Shown piece after piece: positions 47,955-62,530 of a stretch of DNA of 64,000 nucleotides. How positions within the stretch are numbered: position 1 is the stretch's first letter; each line of letters begins with the position of its first letter. Below the pieces are notes generated by a model. That model saw only the letters and a program-made list of their open reading frames with translations. It made no database searches and was not told where the DNA came from. Made by a program: the position numbers and the translations under genes. This stretch comes from Cycas panzhihuaensis (lineage: Eukaryota > Plantae > Cycadophyta). The stretch is taken from positions 152,155,741 through 152,219,740 of the forward strand of contig CM041465.1 of the NCBI GenBank assembly GCA_023213395.1, in the 5' to 3' direction.

Positions 47955-50949
47955 GACTAAGATTATATTTGTATGTCTATGTGGCTATGAATTACTTGCC
48001 TATTAAGCTTATAAGTTTTCTGCATATAAGAACTCTATAATGGATAAGGTAGAGGGATTTTCTTTGCAATGTTGTCATAATATTTTTTTACATTATAATT
48101 AAATGAGTTTGACATAGTAAGGTACATAAGCAATTCAATGTAAGCATCTTCTAAACATAATAAGATTTAATGCATAACATATTTTTCTTAGTTAGATTCT
48201 AATACATTACCATTAGTAGGATTCAATGATTTTTTTTTAGTATATACATATGAGTAAATATGGTTTTGTAGTGATGATGGCTAAATCATAAGGTCATCGA
48301 GTTTATGAGTCATTTATATGATGCTTGAAAAGTTATTTACTTGTATGTTGATAACCTCATGATGAGAGTCTAAAGCCTAATAATTAATACTCTTGCATTC
48401 ATATAACATGCCTCAATACATGGACAAATTCTCGAGGAAGTTTATAATTGACTAGGTGCAAATCCCTTCTTAATAGTATAATTTTTCTTATAAAAGATAG
48501 GATCTTCTATTTTAATTCTATATTGATTCTTATATAACACTATGAAACAATTATTTATCACATGCATTGATGATGATGCTATATTAGATATCTGTGATTA
48601 TATTGTAAAAGGTTAGCAATTATATACTAACTACATATAAAATGCCTACATATTTGTATTTCTTCTATATTGTTAGCACAATATGTTGTTAATAAAACCT
48701 ATGGTTTTGTTGTCTGTTAGATTTAAAGCTCAAGGATGTTATTATAAAGTAGCATCATAGTGAAATATTTCCCCTAATCTATGGACCTCTAAAGAGGGGT
48801 TGTCTCAAAGTAATATTACAACCAATTTTTGATTTGATTAATCATATAGCTAAGTATAGGTTAAGAGCTTAGCATAATTAAAATAACATATCTATCATTT
48901 TAGAATTCTATTATTTAAGATAAGGGAGTTAAGTTGAAGAATTCTAAGTCTAAAATGTTAGGTAGCAATATCCAATTATATAAATTATAATATCAAACGC
49001 CCTTCACTTTCTCTTCATATTATTATAAATCTTATATTATAAACGCATAGTTATATGTATTATTTAGAATGTGTGTAAGCACACAAAGATTGTTTTTTAA
49101 GGTTCACTATTTGATATGAGACTTATTATAAATATACACATGATTTTTTGAATAAGATAAAGTTTGACCATTCTTCCATATCCTTGTTTAATATTCTTTG
49201 TGCATATTTTACTCATTTGTGAATTATTTATTATATCATTTACTAACCTCTCATCCATGGTTCATGTCCTTGTTAAGTCCATTCCATTTTTATATACTTA
49301 TGTGCATGTCTCATTCTAACATTATACTACTATGCCATCCATCTAAAACTCAAATATGGTATCAAAATAATACTAAATTTCAACATGGTATGAGAGTTAA
49401 TGGCTTAATCCTAGAGGTAGGTTAGAGCCTAATTTATATTTTTTTACAGCCATTTTCTCATGAGTTTAATGTCCTTATGAAACCATATTTTGCACCTACT
49501 TTTGTAACTAATAATAAGTTAGTTCTTTGATATATCAAAAATATTTTGGAGCTAACTCTTTTGAGTTTTTGTGGAAGTTTTTGTATAAATTTAAAGCTAA
49601 ATTTATAACAAAAAAGTAGGTTTTATGACCTATGTTTCTTATATAAGAAGGCCCAAAATTATGTAGCATACAAATTATTTATTGAGGGTTATAAATATGT
49701 TTTTTTTTAAGTTTTTTTAGAAGGGAAGGGAAGAGGCTAAAAAGATGTAAATATAATCCTAATTATCCTATAAATACAATATATTATCTCACAAAAAAAT
49801 AAAAAATATGGTTATTTTATGACTCATTTTAAAGATTGTTACGAGAATCCTATAACTTGGATTTGCTATTAGAATGATGCCCTAAAAAAGGAGGCCATTC
49901 AAAAATTGTGTGATTATTTTCTTGGCTACAGTTATATAAGGTGTTATGTTGTATGGTTTTTTTAAGGTTGTTATGTGTTATGATGGGCTATAGAGTGAAA
50001 TATACAAGGTTTTAGAATATAAAGAGGCCCTACCTCAACCTCAGGTATAAATGACTTTCTCCCCCTATTCAAACTTGGAAGAACCATCGTATACCTCTTA
50101 CTATTATTTAGTAATATAAATCTCATAAATAAACCAGATGGTAGGGATTGGTATAAATGCCACTCTTTAGGCAACTCATGACCAACTAATGATTCAAGTG
50201 CTATAGTAAAATGTAATCATTGAGTATGACCTAGTTGTATGATGAGAGAAACTTTAGTACCTACCATTGATACCTCTTCTCTTTATCTTCGATAATGTAT
50301 AACACTTATTACCCATGCCATGATGTAATATAACAATAAAAATCCCACTAGTTACAAAAGAAAAAAAGAGTAAAATATTGAAGAATCCTCATCTCTGTTA
50401 GTATTTTTATAATGTATTTGCTCTACCTTTGCTCTAGGTTTATTAGCATACCTAGTGAAACCCACTGCATCTATTTGTGGTAAGTATTATGTCTTATTGA
50501 ATGTGTGGATATTGAAAAGTCTTAACATGTAGTTGAAACTCATTACATTATAGTAAGAAATGCCCTTATAGAAGAAATACCTTATACACAAAACATTTAT
50601 TATTCCATCATCCATCAACTTTGTTCTTTAACAATAGAACACACACCTATGTATATTTAAAAAAAAAAGGGAACCTGCATGCCCTTAATTGCCAACACCA
50701 AAAGAGTGACCATCATCCCACAAAAGCCAAATACCTCCACGATGATCGACATTATTATCTTACAAAGAAGAATGACAAGAAACCCTAAATAAAAATTATA
50801 AATGGCGAATTTCACTTTAGGACTTTTTCTTTTGCAAAGCTTTTTATTAATTAAATTAAATTCGATAAATTTTGGAGTCCACCAACCTCTATAGAATTGC
50901 AACACAACCACATGAAATATACCCAATATCCAAATGCTCCTTTCAATGT

Positions 50950-51480
50950 TGAGTCCACCAACCTCACCATACCCAAATGCTCCTTTCAAGTACTTAAACA
51001 TACTTTTCACTACCACCTAATGTTATGGACCTAATTTACTCATATATTAACTTACTACTACCACTATTAATGTAATTCTAGGTTTGGCATAAACCATAAT
51101 ATATATCAAACTACCTATTTTACTCCTATATGGAACCAATTCCATTAACTTTTCCCTCTTCAACCTTTTAAGGATATATGTCTAGAGATAATTTATAGTT
51201 GGCATCTACAAGTGTTCTTATGAATTTGTGAACTTGCATTCCAAAAATTTTGAGGGTGTCACCTAAGTTCATATATTGACTTAAATGATTCTTAAGATTA
51301 GTAATATAAAATGGTAATAAATTTCTTCAAGATCTTTTGTTATAAATTTAGATAATAGATAATCTTCTACATATGATAAAAGTTTTTTGTTCTTGGAAAA
51401 TAAAATGATATCATCAACATGAAGAGCAATTATGAAAATCATATAATTATAAATGCAAAATATCAAAAAATTTACATGAT
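50950..51480 (-). pseudogene. Copia RT fragment
   Basis: IIALHVDDIILFS...FITKDLEE; VVKSMFKYLKG. Confidence 0.75.
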
Positions 51481-51639
51481 TTCTTTAGTTCAATTATATC
51501 CCCTTTTCTCGAAAAAAAAAAGGTTTATGAATTAATTATAATCAAACTTCTTTATCAATAGACACAAGGTCTTGATTTAATATTATGGTGTGTGCCTCTT
51601 AATAGACTTTAGTATTTATTTCATGGGTTTATAACATTA

Positions 51640-52500
51640 GGTTATGGACCTCCTCTTTAATTTTTGTATTGTATTAGTGTAAGATTATTTTATGTTTTGT
51701 GAAGTGCTGAGTCAATGGGGGTTAGGTCTCTCACCTTATATGTGATACACTAGGTATGATTAATATTATCGTAAGTATTATATATAGTATATATAGGTTA
51801 TTTTATAAAATGCATTAGTAAGGAGTAAGGATTATTGAGCCACTTGTGTAATATGAGACATTTTTTTAATAAAGATTAAATCAAAATTTTTAAAATTAAT
51901 TTATAATATTTTGATAGTTAATCCTATCAATTATTATCCTCATTACATGCCTTACTATAATATCTTGGTATCAAAGCATATTCATGGTACATTATCAATT
52001 GTAATTACTAGCTAATTTATAGGATTTGATTGCTGCTTAAGATTTACATATGTGACATGTATTAATATCTAGTTTCTTAGTTGAGCTATTCAGTTTTAGA
52101 GGTGATTTTTAATATGCATGTTGTAAAGTTTAAATTGTAAGTAGTTGGGCATGTAGGAAGTCAAGTACTAAATAATAGGCGTTGAGATATGCAAACAGAC
52201 ATATGTCACATGTAAGTGGAAAAATTCATATGCAAGGAAAAAAATATCACATGCAACCTAATAATCAATCTCTGAAGACAATAGAAGATGAAGACCTCTA
52301 TTCTAATATCCTCTCACTAAAGTGTTTATAAGCTAAACACTTGATAAAAAAGTTATATAGTGACTAAGCTCTTAAGGTTCTCTGTTGGTGATCATTAAAT
52401 TCAATGGAATGTAATCTCTACTAGTGAAAAGAATTGAAAAGGATCTCTACAATATTGAATGAAAGCTATTATAAATATTGAATCAAAATACTAAAATTAG
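51640..52500 (+). mobile_element. Decayed LTR, Met PBS and possible gag remnant
   Basis: TGGTATCAAAGC at ~51966 after an LTR-like AT-rich block. Confidence 0.4.
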
Positions 52501-53549
52501 GATTAAAATGATGAATTTTTAAACTATTGAAAGGGGTGTTTTATTAAAATAAGAATATTCTATATTTTATATTATTAAGTTTCAAACTATATAAAAATAA
52601 AAATTGAAAAATAAGCCTCCTATGAATTTTGATGACCTGTGCACAAGGTATCCTACATAAGGAAACTTGCATATTGACCTACAATTTGGCAACATATGGC
52701 TTTATATTTGATCGATTAAATACATAGTGTGAAGAATATAATCAAAGATATCTAATGCAAAGATAGCCACTTAATACAGTGGCCAATCATTGCATAGATA
52801 AATAAGCTAATAAAGTAGTTACTGACATGCCTAACATAGAAATAAGGAAATGCATCCCACAGTCATCATATACACAACAAAATGTCAATGATAGAAGGAC
52901 AAGCATGTAGGCCATTCAACACAAACATAAACACTAAGATGAGTAGAATAGAAGGAATATAAATAAAGGATATAGACAAAAAATGCATAAACTAAGATGC
53001 CACAACACTTAATAAGCTAAGAAAGATTAGAAGGACAACCATCACAATGGCTAAATAGAGTTGAATAAACATTTGTTGGTTTATCACAATAAGTAACAAG
53101 GTCAAATGGGGTGAAGGAGGCAAAATGTAGACTTAGGAATCTTCATTTCATACCCAATGATGCTAGAAGTAGTAAAAATCTTTAGTGTGACATGTCAAAC
53201 TGACTGTTGAAAGATTGACTATGCATTGTGGAAGATAATTTTATAAGAAGCAACTTATTTTATGAGATGTAACTGAAGAGCCTAAATTGATTCATATGAT
53301 TACTATTTATCTCATATAAAACATCTCCTCTTCTAAGTAGGAACACTATGAGTCAGTACATATACCACCCTTAATATCTAATTCCCTCAATTGCATTATA
53401 CCCCAATCAAGCATAACACCTTAATTTGATATCTTGACATAACTTGATTGGAGCTTTCTTGATTAGATGTCCCCTTCACATATAACACCTTCTCCTATAG
53501 ATGTCATTCCCTTTGCATTAGTTCCTATATTACCCCAATCAACTCCCAT

Positions 53550-56095
53550 AAATAAAATCCCTCATAGTTGTTAATATCACTACTATACCAAGGGCCAAGC
53601 CTAAGAATTAAAAACAAAGGCCTATTCACCCATGACTTTTTTCCACCATCAAATAAGAAGTAGAAAAGCTTCCTAGGAAAATATTTATAGAATTTATCAA
53701 TTATTTTTAATGGGTATCCATCATCATGTACATTGGTAAAAGAATGGTTCTATTTGCATTTGTATTGAATTTCATGATATAAACAACACTTGTCCTAAAG
53801 ATAATTTTCTACTCCTTTTTATTAATCAGATCTAGGATAAAATCATCAACTTTGAAGTGATGTCCCTTATGGATCATTTTTTAGGCTTTAAACAAATCTT
53901 TATCTCACTTAAAGACCACTATAAGCCTGCTTTCATCACCCCTTGGGATCTATTTCTTTATAAGCTTATACCCTTTAGTCTCAAAAATGCTGGTGCAACT
54001 TACTAGCAAGCCATGGTCTTTATCTTTCATGACTTATTGGGACATACTATAGTAGTATACCTTGATGACATGCTAGATCTATCACATCATCAAGGGGACC
54101 ACATTCATAACCTAAATACCATCTTTGAAAGATGTCAAAAATACTAACTTTATTTAAACCATAACAAATGTATTTTTATAGTTGCCTATGGAAAGATGCT
54201 CATTGACATTATCTCTAAAGATGGTATTTATTGTAGATTCAAATAAATTTTTAGCCATCATTAATATGCCACCATCACATACTTAAAAATAAGTAAAATC
54301 CTTCTTGAATAGACTTGGTTTTTTATGAAAAATCATCATTGGCTTTGCCCTAAATGCTAAACCCTTAACCAACCTCCTTAAGAAAAGTGTCCTATTAAAT
54401 GGACCTCAACCACTCAAGAATCTTTTGGTAAGCTTAAACAAACCCTTATATTGGCTCTCATCCTTGCCTCACCTAATTTTGATAAGTCATTTATCCTATA
54501 TACTACCTTCATAGAAGAATCTTTGGGTGTTATGTTAGCCCAAGAAGATGAATTTTTAAAAGAATAGGTTATCTACTTCATTAGTAGTACTTTGGTAGCT
54601 GTTAGGATTAACTATTCCTCATCTAAAAAAGAGTGTTTGGCCTTGATTTATTCTACCAAAAGGTTATGATATTACTTGCTAAGCAATACTACTCTTGTGA
54701 TCCTCCAATCAGATCTGATTCATTTACTACTCACCAGGATGGACTTAATAGGATGAGCTAGTAGGTGGGCCCTTCTACTATAAGAATTTGACTTAAGAGT
54801 AGTCAAATAAAAGTAAAAAAAGGAATAATTATTATCAAATAGCTAGCTACAACACCACTTCCTAATTATAATTCCACCATTATCAATGACTTGCTCCTAG
54901 ATGAACGTATCCTACAAGCTGACATTATCCCCATTGATCATAACTAGTATGATGACATTCATGTTTATCTCTTAGATTAAACTTAGCCCCCTAATGTTAA
55001 TTCCAAGAAGAGAAAATGAATAAGGGCCTTTACTAACCAATACCTTCTTTTAGATGACATTTTATATAAATAATCTTTTGATGGAATCTTGTTAAGATGT
55101 CTTCCACCTTTAAAGGCCCTCCTTTGGCCAAATACTATAATGACATTTGTGGTGGTTATTTCAGTGGTAAGTCAACATTCTTATGAACCCTTTAAATGGG
55201 TTATTATTAGCCATTTCTATTTAGAGATGCACATTCATAGATGCAAAAGTGTAAAAAATACTAACACATTCCTCTTTGATCCACCAACTAGCCACTTCAC
55301 TCAGATTGATCCTTGCCCCTTGGCCATTCTCTCAATGGTGTCTTGACCTTATTGGGTAAATTTACCCCCCATCTTCTACCAAACATAAGTACATCCTAAC
55401 CATAATTGAATATTTTATTCCCCACTTTCATCTTCTAATATATCATCTACTAGTTTGGAGTCCTTAACATTATCATCATGGATAATAAAACCCTATTTTG
55501 CAATTCTCAAGTTAACAAACTTTAAAATAAATTTTATATTACCCATAGGATATCATCCCCTTACTGCCCACAGGCTAATGGCCAAATTGAAGCCTTCAAC
55601 AAAACCTTGATAAAGGTCTTAGCTAAAAGGATTGTTGACTACCAACAAAATTAGCATACTAAAATTTTCCTTACTTTGTGGACTTATTGTACTTCAATTA
55701 GGATAGCTATAGGGATGACTCGTTTTTCATTAGTCTATGCAACTCAAGTCATACTACCATTAGAGATTAAGATCCCCTCACTTAAGGTATCATTTAAATA
55801 CTTCATTGACAAAGAATGGTTCAGGCAAGTAAGACTTTTAGAACTTAAGAAGATGGATGAAATCCATCTTGATGCCCATGATCAACATTTGAGACCAAGG
55901 AAATTTCATGTAGGAGACAAAGTACTTAAACTTGAATATTTATATGAAAAATAACAAAAAATTAACTCCAAGTAGGTAGGCCCTTATTTAGTTATTAAAT
56001 ATCTAAATAATGGAGCCTATTGTCTCTCTACCCTTGATGGGCTCGAGTTCTAAATACCCATTAATTCTTAATTTTTGAGAAAGTATTATGCTTAG
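53550..56095 (+). pseudogene. pol: Degenerate Tat pol (RT-RH-INT), relative of the first element
   Basis: CPKDNFLLP, LKNAGATY, YLDDM, LYTTFIEESLG, PQANGQIEAFNK, LEIKIPSLKVS, LKLEYL, RKYYA-stop; colinear with ~5000-7633. Confidence 0.92.
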
Positions 56096-57420
56096 ACTAT
56101 CTCCATAATAAAAATAAACTATGACTCTACAATTCTTCCTATTAACAAACCTAAACTATATTAGGTTAAACATCTTACTTTCCCCAAGACTCATGCTTGG
56201 GGGTCACCACTCCGAAAATGAGTAGAAACTAAATGTATATACTATGTTATCTAAAAAATACAAAAGAAAATTAAAACTATAAAATAACAAAAAATATATA
56301 CTCGTATCATTCCCCCTTTCTTCACTTTATTCGAAGCCTTTTTAGGTTTCATCCTCCCTTAACTTGGCTTAATATGATAATCCTCGATTATTCATGTAAC
56401 TAGTCAACTTCTTCATTTAGTATTCTACGGTGCCCAAGTAGCTTCTACCTTAGATAAGTCATAGATATTCGTGGTACTATCTCTCATTCTTGACTCGTTT
56501 AAACTACCTAATAATTTTCCCTATACTCTCAATGATTAAAATGTTCTTCATCCCTTAGTCAATTAGTGAGCCACCTATTAGACTCCTTATCTACCCTTTA
56601 TAGTCTATAATTCATCTTCTAAGCAATTAGAAATTTGTAGGTGTAAGTGATTATGTATTATCTTTCTTTCTCCCATGGTTCATTTGGTACTTAGTACTAA
56701 ATTAAACCTTGTTGGTAGTACCCCTTCTAGTCCTTGATAGTTAGTTATTCAAGACCTTCCCTTCTACCCCTGAGGGACACTTTGATTGAACATCTTATAA
56801 ATACCCATAAGTTTTCTCTCAAGGGCATGACTTTAGGCTTTTTATCACTTATATCCCTTTAAATCCTAATCCCCTATGGTTTTTCTAATCATGAATATAC
56901 TCTTAGCCATTCTCATGCACTACGCCTTGACAAAAATTGTGTGACGATTATAGTCACCTATCCCCTAATAGCCATGAGGGTGGATGAGATGAGCCATCTA
57001 GAAAATGGCTTCAACGATGTTAAGTTTAACTTGACCCTTATCTAAAACATCATATGGAGTGATACCTTTTCAAAAGGGGAAAAAAATAAAAGGAAAAGAG
57101 AAAGAGAAAATTTGTGTATATAATGGTTAGCACCTTTTTGGAATTTGGGACATGTTGTGTGTCAACTTTGTTTCCATCTGCAACATGCAGTTTAGATACG
57201 ATTGTGTGTATCATATACGAGCCATGGATATAATTATTTAGGCCCACTGTGACCTCAATTATGATCAAAATCTATTCAACATTTAAAAGGTTATACATTA
57301 AGTTGGGAAAAGGTGGATTATGATGATGAAACCAAACCATGGAGCCCATATCCACCTAGTTGACTCACATACCTTCCCCCTATTGATTAGGTTATCTCTG
57401 AGTTTGTATCCTTCCCCATT

Positions 57421-57800
57421 ATGGCCTTGAACATCTATACTAATGGTCGGAGCTAGGGGAACCCAAGAATTTTCGCTGCAACATGGGTCATCCATGATCA
57501 TAGGGGAACTATTCTCGCCAATGCTAGCTTCTTCATCCCACAAGTAACCAATAATAAAGCCAAGTATCTAAGTCATTGGAGCTATTATTGATGTTCTTAA
57601 CTTTCATAATAGACCTACCAATATATTTTTAGATTCTCAAATCATAGTTTACCAACTCACATATTTTTATCAAACTCATTTGAGCCATTTGCATTCTTTA
57701 CTTGATGATGTTACTACCCTATTAATATAATCTTTTACTATTACAACTTAACACATTCCAAGAACCTAAAATATTAAAGCTAACTTCCTTGCTTCCCATA
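57421..57800 (+). pseudogene. Decayed aRH downstream of the second Tat pol (not in the ORF track)
   Basis: Hand translation: MALNIYTNGRS*GNPRIFAATWVI...TNNKAKY...FLDSQIIVYQLT...HIPRT*NIKANFLA. Confidence 0.85.
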
Positions 57801-60717
57801 TAATTAAATTCCATCATTTATAACCTATTTTAGGAGGGTTAGTTTTTCTTTTTATAAGTCAGAGTAACCTTTCCATTCTCCTCTTGATTTGTACTTAAGG
57901 ATTTCTTGTCTTCATAATGAGAATAAACTACAACTCTAAAAACCTATCTACTAAAGAGTGTAAACCATAGTAGTCAAATCCATTGCTAGTAATAGACATT
58001 TCACTCTAAAACAAGTATAAACTAATGTGAAAAACCTAATTATCAAGTATCTACAAAAGTATTAAAAAATAAAATAACATACTCAAAAAGATAAAATCAA
58101 AGGAATATATATAACTACCATACATCGACATATGGTATGACCATTACCAAAAGAGAAATATGTAACTTTACATTACCAATTAACTCTCATTATATTAGGG
58201 GACATGTGGAGGGGGGTGCTAACAAAGGTTAAGAGTCATAGAATCATGATAAAAACACAATACATATCATATATAAATCATGAGAAATAATGCATATATA
58301 ATAAATAATATGCATTGTACATGAACCATATGATACATCATAATACATCTGGAAGCACATCTCTAGGAGGTCACTAAAAATGGGACACTCTAAATAGGTA
58401 CTAAGGCCAACAAATAAATATCTAGAGGTGTAAAGGAAGATTAGGTTACCCTCAAAGGGTGTCCATGCATCAGAATGCAGGTTCAAGGACTTGCAACACA
58501 CACGTTGCTCTATCTACTCTTGAAGAGTTGAGGTGAACTATTAAGTATACGTGATGGAAAGGGTGGCATCCTTTGGTTACCGAGTAGCCTAGGTGAGGCT
58601 CTCCTATCCTTGTTAGGAAAGGAAGCAATAAAGGACTTCCTTTCAGAAAATGGATATAAGATGAGAATAAAAGTATAAGACTAAGGTTTGGAGTTTTTTT
58701 CTATTTTTCCTAACGAGTTACCTTTAGGGTTTGGGTCATGGTGCAAAGTTATGTTTATTGTTTATCTTAGTTATAAGAGGAAGCAATGTTGTCTCTTCTT
58801 ATTTTTAGGGTGTAGTTTATTATATGAAATGAGGTTATTTTGTTTGCAACAAAATATTTGTTTTGATAAAGTTTATGAAGTACAAACACTCACCCTCACT
58901 CTCTTTTCACTTTGGGGGCCAAGGGATGCAAGGAAGAATAAAGGAGAGAATGTTGCAATAATCACTTTTCAAGTTTCTTTTCAATGCAAGGAAACATGTG
59001 ATTTGGTTCCACTATGTTCCGTAGTTTTATTTCTTACATGCATGTGCATATATAAGAATGATAATTGGATATAAAGGCTATGTAATATTTCCTTCTCTTA
59101 GTTGTGTTCCTTATATATATAAAGAGAAAGGAATGCATTCACTATTTTCCAATTTCTTTCTAACGTGCATATGTGTATGCAAAAATAAAAAAGAGGAAGT
59201 GAAGCTTATGCAACATTTTTCTTTTAATACAAAAGAAGAAGGAAGAAATACTTTTTACTTAATGTTATAGCTTTGACTTGTATATGAAATATACATGCAT
59301 AAATAGAAGAAATAATCTCTTCCTTGCTATGCTTCTTTCATGAAAGGAGAGAGGAGAAGAGAATGTATATGTGCCTTTTCTTTTTCCAAAGAAAAAAAAC
59401 AAGAACATGTTATATTCAAACTACCCTTTTTACTTTTGTTGCAATAGATGAATTTGAGTGGAGGTAAGTAAGAGCAAGATGGGTTTTGGAAGAGTGCACC
59501 TGGTATATGATAATTGATGTTGATCTCATAGTTTCTCATATGCTTCTCTCTTACTAATGACACAAGCTCCTTTGTTGCCATAATAGTTGTTAAGAGTGCA
59601 AAAGGGGGGCTGCCTTACCTTTCTCGAATCCAAAATGTAATGTTGCAACAATTTAAAAAAAGGAAAGAAAGTAATAAAGCAAAAATATTAACCTAACTAT
59701 AGTACTAAAAGGTGATTGACATTACCTTATGATGAATAATGATTTGCAACAGAAGCAAGCCTCTCACCTATAAGACAAAGCAAAGAACTTTTCCCATAAG
59801 CAACAAATATATACTTCTTAGATATATTCATACCAATGTTATCAATGTTATTAACATGTGATAACAAGGAAACAAATACATCTACCTTCCTTTTTAAGAC
59901 TTCAACATGTAAGAAACAAAATAAAATTGAGAGGGAGAAGAGGGCCGTGCCTCATAATATAAAGGCCTCATATGTGGCTACAATCTCCCAAGTAGCAAAA
60001 GGTATCACTTGGTTTGGTATGTTCCTCAAGGAAAGAATCCAAAGATGAAGGGAAGTAAAATTGTGGGGATATGGAGTGCCAATAGTAAGCACCAAATTAT
60101 CTATGGGTGATTAATTGATTTAGGCTTGTGTTGGAGGAAGTTTGTGCATGCACAAATGGAATAGGAAGGTGGTGGGATAAAAGGAGAGGGATTAGCCATG
60201 GAGGGGGTGCCAAGCTAGAGTTTTGCACCTCTTTCTCCTTCTCTAACTCCTTCAAACTTGTTGGTTTCCTTCCCACTTTCTCCTACAATAGCCTTGAGGG
60301 AACTTGAGAAAGGTTTATTGTCCAAAGGAGGATGTTTCCCAAGGTTGGAAAGGGGATATTGTGCAACAAACATATGAAAATTGATTCCTTAAGCATTAGA
60401 CTAGATCAAAGAGGATCATATAACAATGAATGATGGTAAATGACAAGAAAATATACTAAAAAGCTAAAACAAACAAGTTGTTTACCTATTTTTAGTAAGT
60501 GGAGTTGATCTTTGTGAGAAAACCATAGTGGAAGACATCTTTTCTCATCTTTTAAATGCCTTTTGTGGTGAAAAAATGAAAGAAGAGAATAGAGGAAGGA
60601 TTGGAATAGTGTGTAGATCTTAGACATGCATTGTTGTTACAAAAAACCCAAGCTTTTCCTCTTCTTTTCCTTCAAGAATACTTGATTTTTTCTCTTGCAT
60701 TAGCTACTGTTAAAAAT

Positions 60718-60720
<3 letters not shown>

Positions 60721-60772
<52 letters not shown>
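60721..60772. repeat. (GA)n microsatellite in the inverted LTR, downstream of a TATA-like motif on the minus strand
   Basis: Directly visible. Confidence 0.95.
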
Positions 60773-60777
<5 letters not shown>

Positions 60778-62119
60778 AGAAGAGTTGTAGATGATAGAAT
60801 AATGAAGAATTCAGAGTTTTTATGCGTTTGAATGGATTCTAAGGACCATTAGGCCTTGATCTGGGCTGGTCCCAAGACTGAGATCTATGTTAGAGGGGCA
60901 TTAAATGTAAATTTAGCCATTTTTTGGATACATTCAAAGTCATAACAATCGCACCATAAATATATCTATAAGGCATAACAATCAAAGTGGGGCAAACAGA
61001 AAACCAGGATAAATGTTTAAATGCTTGTGAAAGAAGGATAGCACTTCCTGTTGGAGGCCTAGAACTCCTCCCTAAGGATCTAGAAATTAGTCTCATACTA
61101 TCCCATACATTGGAAACTATAAAAATGCATAATAACATCACTAAACTGGGTTAGAACCTCGTGGGGATGATGGCAATCGAGTTCCTAGAGTATAGATGGA
61201 GATTAGGCCATCAAAATCCCTAACAAATTACCCTGAACAAATCAAGTGATGGATAAGATGGGAAGAAGGAGAAAACGATGTGGAACAAGAACGTAAATAA
61301 GCTAGAACTCATCCCAAAATTGAGCTATGGAAGCATATGAAGGACTTCTTACCAATTGGAAAATTACCATAGGGGCTCAATGATACAATTGGACCAAAGG
61401 CCTAGTCATCATAGGCAAAACATACATAGGTAAGCCATGTAAATAAATCAATCAAGCATTTAGGCAACTATACAAACATCACATAAAATAATAGTTGTAA
61501 AGAATGTAAAGAAGAGTGAGGGATACAACATACACATAAACTTACCTATGCAATACTATCCTAATCCATTCCTAATTGGTAGGAAACACTGCCCCCTTGG
61601 CATCAAAACCTTGTCACTTTAGAGCATTGGACAATGGTGAAAGTTACCAACATACATGTTGTCAATAGTAGTGATAACTAGTAGGCAGGTGTGTAGGTAA
61701 CCAAAGGGCACTATAAGTGCTATAAGGGATGTATGGATAAGAGGACATATGCTAGGGGAGGAGACAAGCTCATGGTTCAATCAAACCTCTAAGTGTGGGA
61801 CCCTAGATCCAAAGCATACGCCATAGAAGATAAAGAAAAGGGGTGACCTAAGGGGGATGCCCTTTAGTGGTACCCCCTAAATGGGTAGCATGACCCTAGA
61901 AAATGTGGTAGGTTCGAAACCTAAAGAGGAAACTAAGGAGGATTAAGGGACGCTTTATCACTCTAAGATAAAGTTTAAATCAAATAAAGAAGGGTTTTGG
62001 TCACCATAGTTTAGCCTCATTAGCAGCTACCATTTAGAGGTATAGAAGGAGTAGAGGTTGGGAGAGGGGTCACCATTAAAGGGTTTCTAAAGGGCAACCT
62101 ATCAAACCTATAAGGAGCC

Positions 62120-62530
62120 ATTTAGAAGCTAGAGATGATGCTTAAGAATAAGGTAAACTAGACTATTAGCCTTAACATTCTAATCATAAGGGATGTATCA
62201 AATATCAACCATGGAGAAGCAAGACAGAAGAGACCTAGTAGTTGAAGTGAAGGATCTCAACTGAGGGTAGAGGACCTAATAGGTTTAGGTCAATTGGAAT
62301 ACTATGATCTGAGAGTCATAATGTAGGATGATAGGACTATGATGGATGTAAAGTGCATTGGTTAAGGCCTCTATAGCTGCTGTATACTCTACATTGTTGT
62401 CCATGGCCTTAGGTAGATAAATCTTAGAACATATGAAATCATGCCTAGAGGGATCACAGATGATACAAGCTGTAGCAGAAGGTCCTAGGTTACCACGACT
62501 ACCATCATCCATGAAGATGAGTAGTGCCAT
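62120..62530 (-). pseudogene. Decayed aRH of the third Tat copy
   Basis: MALLIFMDDGSRGNLGPS...NNVEY...YDSQIIV, continuing past stops as RSLLSCFSMVDI*YIP..NVKANSLV. Confidence 0.9.

Larger units (their letters stand above)
40541..50917 (+). repeat. Segmental duplication copy 2
   Basis: Starts within Copia B RH; colinear with copy 1; extra 41517-42712. Confidence 0.92.

Noticed and set aside
40541-50917. Haplotype or assembly artefact duplication
   Set aside because: About 10% or more divergence plus copy-specific kb-scale indels indicate a real, old duplication
17341-60831. Many 60-130 aa hydrophobic F/I/L/Y-rich ORFs
   Set aside because: Expected by chance in very AT-rich decayed DNA; paired ones reflect LTRs or the duplication and do not keep frame
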